The notes beneath the pieces were generated by a model. That model was not told where the DNA came from. It saw only the letters and a list, made by a program, of their open reading frames with translations, and searched no databases. From NCBI GenBank assembly GCA_965263035.1, contig OZ253580.1, positions 4,800,001 to 4,864,000 of the forward strand: a stretch of DNA of 64,000 nt, read 5' to 3'. The translations under genes were made by a program, and so were the position numbers. Position 1 is the first letter of the stretch, and each line of letters opens with the position of its first letter. Positions 59,974-64,000 of the stretch are shown one piece after another. This DNA comes from Acidobacteriota bacterium. Lineage in GTDB: Bacteria > Acidobacteriota > UBA6911 > RPQK01 > JAJDTT01.

Positions 59974-61289
59974 CGTCGCATTCTGGAACGGAGCGCCCTG
60001 TAGATCCTGAGCAGCAACTCTCCCGACGTGACCCGGCGCCGCCGCTCTCTGAGTGCGGTGATGAAATGGCCGACAACCAGGTAGGCCAGAGCACAGTAGC
60101 TGAAATAAATGACGAAGTGGGCGTCTCCCCGGTCGGGTCGAATCTGATCCGCCAGCCAATCGAGCAGAAAACCGCCCACAAGGGAGCCGACGAACATCCC
60201 TGTGCCGTTTACGAACGAGGTCGTGGCCACGTAGACGTTGACTTTCTGCTCGTCGCTCAGGGACAAGCCCAAGTATTGTTGGGCCGTGATGGCTCCGGCT
60301 CCGAACAGCCCTTCGTTCGTATTCCAGGCCAGAACGGCGAAGATCAGAACCGGGATCAGACCCTGACCGCTCAGACAGAACAGGGCCGCGGCAACTCCCA
60401 CCACTGAAATCCGCAGGGCGTTCCTGCCCCCGTATTGATCGCAAAAGTTGCCCCACAGACGCCGTAATCCCACGCCCAGACCGGCGATCACCATTGTGAT
60501 CAGACTGATCTGAAACATGCTCAATCCCCGGGGTCCCAGCAGGTAGGGATTAATGAAGGAGACGATCATGCTGCCCACGAGGCTGAGCATGAAGGAGGCG
60601 TGCAGATACACGCGAAAGGGACGATTACGGAAGGGAGTGACGATTTCCCCGAGACCGGGTCGGTCCGGTCTCGGGACCGATGGCCTTCTGCGGCTCAGGC
60701 GCAGCAGGAATATGACAGCCGGCAGGATGAAGGCGGTGGTCAGCAGGAAAACATGGAGATATGCGCCATAGAACCGCTCGTCGCCGGCGGAGGAGTTGAG
60801 ATCGATATACCAAGTGGCCGGGATGGCCAGAGCGATGCTGGGGACCGTCGTCAGCGACAGGATATTGCTCATGTGGCGCCCCAACTTCTCTCGCGGGATA
60901 TGGTATCGGCACAGCGCCGAGAGGCTGGTGTAGGCGATGAAGGTACAAATCATCGTGGTTACGAAGATCGCAGAGCAGACCAGAGTCAGGTATGGCTTCG
61001 AAAGAGCAAACCAGGGCACAAGCAGGAAGAGATAGGGGAGCAGGATCCGGATCAGATAACTGACGGATGCGATTTCTCGATCCCGTGCCAAGCGGGCCAA
61101 ATAGGGCGACAGGCCCAGATTCACGGTAACTGGAATCAGGTAGGACATTCCCTTGATCAGTCCGAACTGGGACAGGCTCAGGTCCATGCGAAGGAAGAGC
61201 CGGTCGATGAAAAGGAACGAGCCGGCCGCCGTCAGCGTAACGGACAGAAAGAAGTGAAAAAGATAGAGCCTTCGGATGTCGGAGTTCAT
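59970..61289 (-). CDS. MFS transporter
   Basis: About 12 hydrophobic segments; WGNFCDQYGGR motif-A-like. Confidence 0.88.
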   Translation of the reverse strand: MNSDIRRLYLFHFFLSVTLTAAGSFLFIDRLFLRMDLSLSQFGLIKGMSYLIPVTVNLGLSPYLARLARDREIASVSYLIRILLPYLFLLVPWFALSKPYLTLVCSAIFVTTMICTFIAYTSLSALCRYHIPREKLGRHMSNILSLTTVPSIALAIPATWYIDLNSSAGDERFYGAYLHVFLLTTAFILPAVIFLLRLSRRRPSVPRPDRPGLGEIVTPFRNRPFRVYLHASFMLSLVGSMIVSFINPYLLGPRGLSMFQISLITMVIAGLGVGLRRLWGNFCDQYGGRNALRISVVGVAAALFCLSGQGLIPVLIFAVLAWNTNEGLFGAGAITAQQYLGLSLSDEQKVNVYVATTSFVNGTGMFVGSLVGGFLLDWLADQIRPDRGDAHFVIYFSYCALAYLVVGHFITALRERRRRVTSGELLLRIYRALRSRMRR

Positions 61290-61845
61290 TCGGAAAGTCT
61301 CGGAGGAGTTTGCGCCGTGGAACGACCCTGGGTGACTGGCGGCATCCCGACCTGCACTCGATCCCCGGCTTTGACCAGAAAAGCTGATCCCGGCCCCAAC
61401 TCACGAAGGCTCCGGTGGCATTCGTTCCAAAAATCCAGGTCGCTCTGGTTCAATTCGGGGAAAGCCGTTTCGACCCAGGTTGTGATCAACCACCAAGGCC
61501 CGAAGATCGACCCAACGCCCGCAGACATCGCAACTCACCTTATAACCGTCGACAAGCGTTTCGTCATCGTATCCGCGATCAGGATGGGCTGAACTGATTT
61601 GAGAGGCGGGCAGGCGCCGATTCTCGACCTCCCGCCTCGAACAGCGGGGCGCCGCCGGAAGGCTGGTAGGTCGCGTTGCCCACGGGGCGGCAGTCGATTC
61701 TGCGCCCTCCCAGGATCAGGCATGTGGTGAATCGACGGATTTTCCGGTTTTCCGTTCGGTTTGAACGAATCCGATCTCGTTCTGAGTTGTTCAGGATTGG
61801 ATTCTTAGCGAGACGAGCCAGTGCTCCGGCCGAATCTGAAATCGT

Positions 61846-62226
61846 CTATTCGGCAGAAGCCTTCGTATTTTCGCCCATGTCGACGGTGCCCTTGAAGCTG
61901 CTGCCCTCCTCCAAGACCACTCGGGGGGCGACTATCTTGCCTTTGACCCGCCCGGTCTTGCTCAAGAGGATCGTACCTTCCCCGTGGAGGGTTCCTTCCA
62001 CAACGCCATCGATCCGAATCACAGCGGCGGACATGTCGGCCATGACCCGACCTTCCTTCCCCACAGTGACGCTGCACCCGGTGAGCGACAATCGCCCTTC
62101 GAGACGCCCCTCAATGAGCATATCCTGCCCTCCGGTCACCTCCCCCTTGATCCTGATGTCGGCCCCGATGACCGATCTAGTCTGGTGTTGTCCCGAAGGA
62201 TTGCGCGGCGTAGAACCTGGAGTCAT
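61846..62226 (-). CDS. Bactofilin (polymer-forming cytoskeletal protein)
   Basis: SVIGADIRIKGEV, IEGRLEG, GSSFKGTVDM. Confidence 0.92.
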   Translation of the reverse strand: MTPGSTPRNPSGQHQTRSVIGADIRIKGEVTGGQDMLIEGRLEGRLSLTGCSVTVGKEGRVMADMSAAVIRIDGVVEGTLHGEGTILLSKTGRVKGKIVAPRVVLEEGSSFKGTVDMGENTKASAE

Positions 62227-62423
62227 GGGTTTGGGGCGCGTGATCAGTGGTTCCGGTGAATCGCCTTTCAACACGCTGTGCTCCGTGCGCGAAACGTCCG
62301 GCTATTTTAGACGGCGCCCATGACATGGAAGAGAATTGCCCGAGGAGCCGTGCAAGTTCTATTGTCAATCTCTCTCGCCACCCACGTTTGACGCTCCCTC
62401 CAACAATTCTCGATACTTTCCAA

Positions 62424-62779
62424 ATGCAGAGACTCTCCGGCACCTGCCTCTTGATTGCGGTGTTCTCCGTAACCGTGCCGGGGAACGATTTGCAACCGAC
62501 CTCCTTTTCGATTGCAGAGGACGCGGTTCGAATTGGAGAGTGCTACACCTTCCAAGTGGAAGACGGCGCTCATGTGACCCTGGACCTGCGCTACACCCAC
62601 ATGGATCCAGCTTCTCTTCTCTGGACCCCACCGAATGGGTCCCGCAGACGTGGACAGTGCTACTGCCGGTGGGGTCGGCGCCCGGAACCTGGGGGGGCGC
62701 GGAAATAACCCTGCGGGATCGAGCGAATAACGCCAAGTATTACGGTTTCACCGAAAGCATCCGTTTCGATGTGGAATAG
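62424..62779 (+). pseudogene. Fragmented secreted protein
   Basis: Signal-bearing N-part (MQRLSGTCLL...) and a beta-rich C-part (WTVLLPVGSAPGTW...IRFDVE*) in different frames. Confidence 0.4.
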
Positions 62780-62854
62780 CGGGACTCGCCGGCGAGTGTT
62801 CCGGACTTGCCCTGGTGTAGTTCCCCCTGGTCAGGTCCCCGTTTACTATTCAAG

Positions 62855-64000
62855 CTAATAGACCGCAATCGCCCGGCCGGATCCACCGTGGGCTCCCTCC
62901 AGCCTGGGAGCGGCGAAGATGAAGTACGCCTTGGGCGGCATGGACCCCACACGGGTCAAGAACTCGACGCCGACCATCCCGCCACTGCCCAGCGCCCAGT
63001 AGGTCATGACGGCACGTTTGGGATCGACGCCTCCCAGCGTCGGTCCATCCGTCGCGACGCAGCGGATTCCCCGGTCCGCCAAGTACCGGATGGCGTCCGC
63101 TCCCGGCGCCGGCCAGCCTTCCCGTTTCCCGTTGAGCGGATCCGCCATGCAGGCCATGTCCTCCGGAAACGGCTTCAGATAGCGGTCGCTGTAGCCGCTG
63201 TGGAAGATGACCACGTCCCCCGGTTGCAGCTCGCCGGACCGCTTCTCGTACTCCCGGATGTCATCGGGCCGGATGACCGGGGAGGCCGGCCAGTCGGACT
63301 CGCGGGTGGAGCCGATCAGGTGCTTCACGTCGATGACCCGGGCCCAGCCGGCGGTCTGGGAAAGAGGCACCTTTTCGGTAGTGACGTCGCTGTGCCCGCG
63401 CGGTCCGTAGCGTTTTTCGTATTCGGCCAGCCACTCCCTCACCTGCGTAGAGTAGTCTCCAGGGTCGAATCCGGCCCGGGGCAGGGCATAGGCGGGGGGC
63501 ACCAGGTGGGTGCCGGTGTGGCTGTCGTAGGCGCGCTGGTGTTGCGCCGGGACATAGGGAAGCGGAAGCACATGCTGGTAGTAGGGATAACGGGAATTGC
63601 CGGCTCCGGGACCGGGCCACCAGACCGGCAGGTCCTCGGAGAGCTGGACGGAAAGATCGATGACCCTCTGTTTGCGCGCAGCTTTGATCAACCATGGCGC
63701 GAGTGGGTCCCCGACGATGCCGAAGGCCCGGACCTCGGCGCCGATGCCCCCTCCGTGTTTCGGCGGCAGTTGGACGTAGACGGCTCCCGTAGCCGGGAGG
63801 TCGCCCAGATTTCGGGCCCCTTCCGTCCAGATCATTCCGTATTTCAGGCCCGCGCCGTGGGTTTCCATTCCCCCCGGGGGCGGAAGCGGTCCCATGCTGG
63901 GACTGTCGATCCCGGCAGTCAGAACGCCCCGGCTTCCCACGTAGTCCATGGTCTCGGCCTCGGGCGCGGGCCAAGCCGTTTTCTCACCTGCAGCGACCTC
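62855..64000 (-). CDS. Cyclase-family (kynurenine formamidase-like) protein with tandem domains, 5' end outside the window
   Basis: IDLSVQL, DSHTGTHL, PGDVVIFHSG, ATDGPTLG, GGSGRA. Confidence 0.9.
   Translation of the reverse strand, partial: EVAAGEKTAWPAPEAETMDYVGSRGVLTAGIDSPSMGPLPPPGGMETHGAGLKYGMIWTEGARNLGDLPATGAVYVQLPPKHGGGIGAEVRAFGIVGDPLAPWLIKAARKQRVIDLSVQLSEDLPVWWPGPGAGNSRYPYYQHVLPLPYVPAQHQRAYDSHTGTHLVPPAYALPRAGFDPGDYSTQVREWLAEYEKRYGPRGHSDVTTEKVPLSQTAGWARVIDVKHLIGSTRESDWPASPVIRPDDIREYEKRSGELQPGDVVIFHSGYSDRYLKPFPEDMACMADPLNGKREGWPAPGADAIRYLADRGIRCVATDGPTLGGVDPKRAVMTYWALGSGGMVGVEFLTRVGSMPPKAYFIFAAPRLEGAHGGSGRAIAVY

Noticed and set aside
61286-61566. Short ORF with an in-frame TGA upstream of the MFS gene (possible recoding)
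   Set aside because: No recognisable family or SECIS-like evidence; more likely a decayed fragment.

Overview
GC-rich bacterial chromosomal window. The gene content (GWxTD, CRTAC1/ASPIC, DUF1501/DUF1549/DUF1553, plant-type LRR, many TPR proteins, FGE-sulfatase) suggests an Acidobacteriota-like, possibly sponge-associated organism; this is inference only. It holds two DUF1501/DUF1549-1553 modules, a Ccr-type reductase fused to an enoyl-CoA hydratase, a 2-oxoacid/acetoin dehydrogenase E1a/E1b/E2 operon, sugar and peptide ABC systems, paralogous VOC+SDR pairs, an SLC12-like transporter, a porin, and several intact or decayed toxin-antitoxin genes. The most notable signals are these. (1) An IS110 element whose upstream non-coding region has bridge-RNA-like guides matching both its own circle junction and a host REP-like repeat. 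(2) An ORF-less group IIC intron inserted into the same repeat family, with matching EBS1/IBS1. (3) A propionyl-CoA-synthase-like enzyme with reversed domain order that appears to keep Ccr CO2-binding residues. (4) A MITE inserted in frame in a porin gene. (5) A LEA-repeat/HNH-like/membrane protein in the toxin position behind an orphan vapB. (6) A candidate switchable RNA leader. No rRNA, tRNA or CRISPR array was seen.
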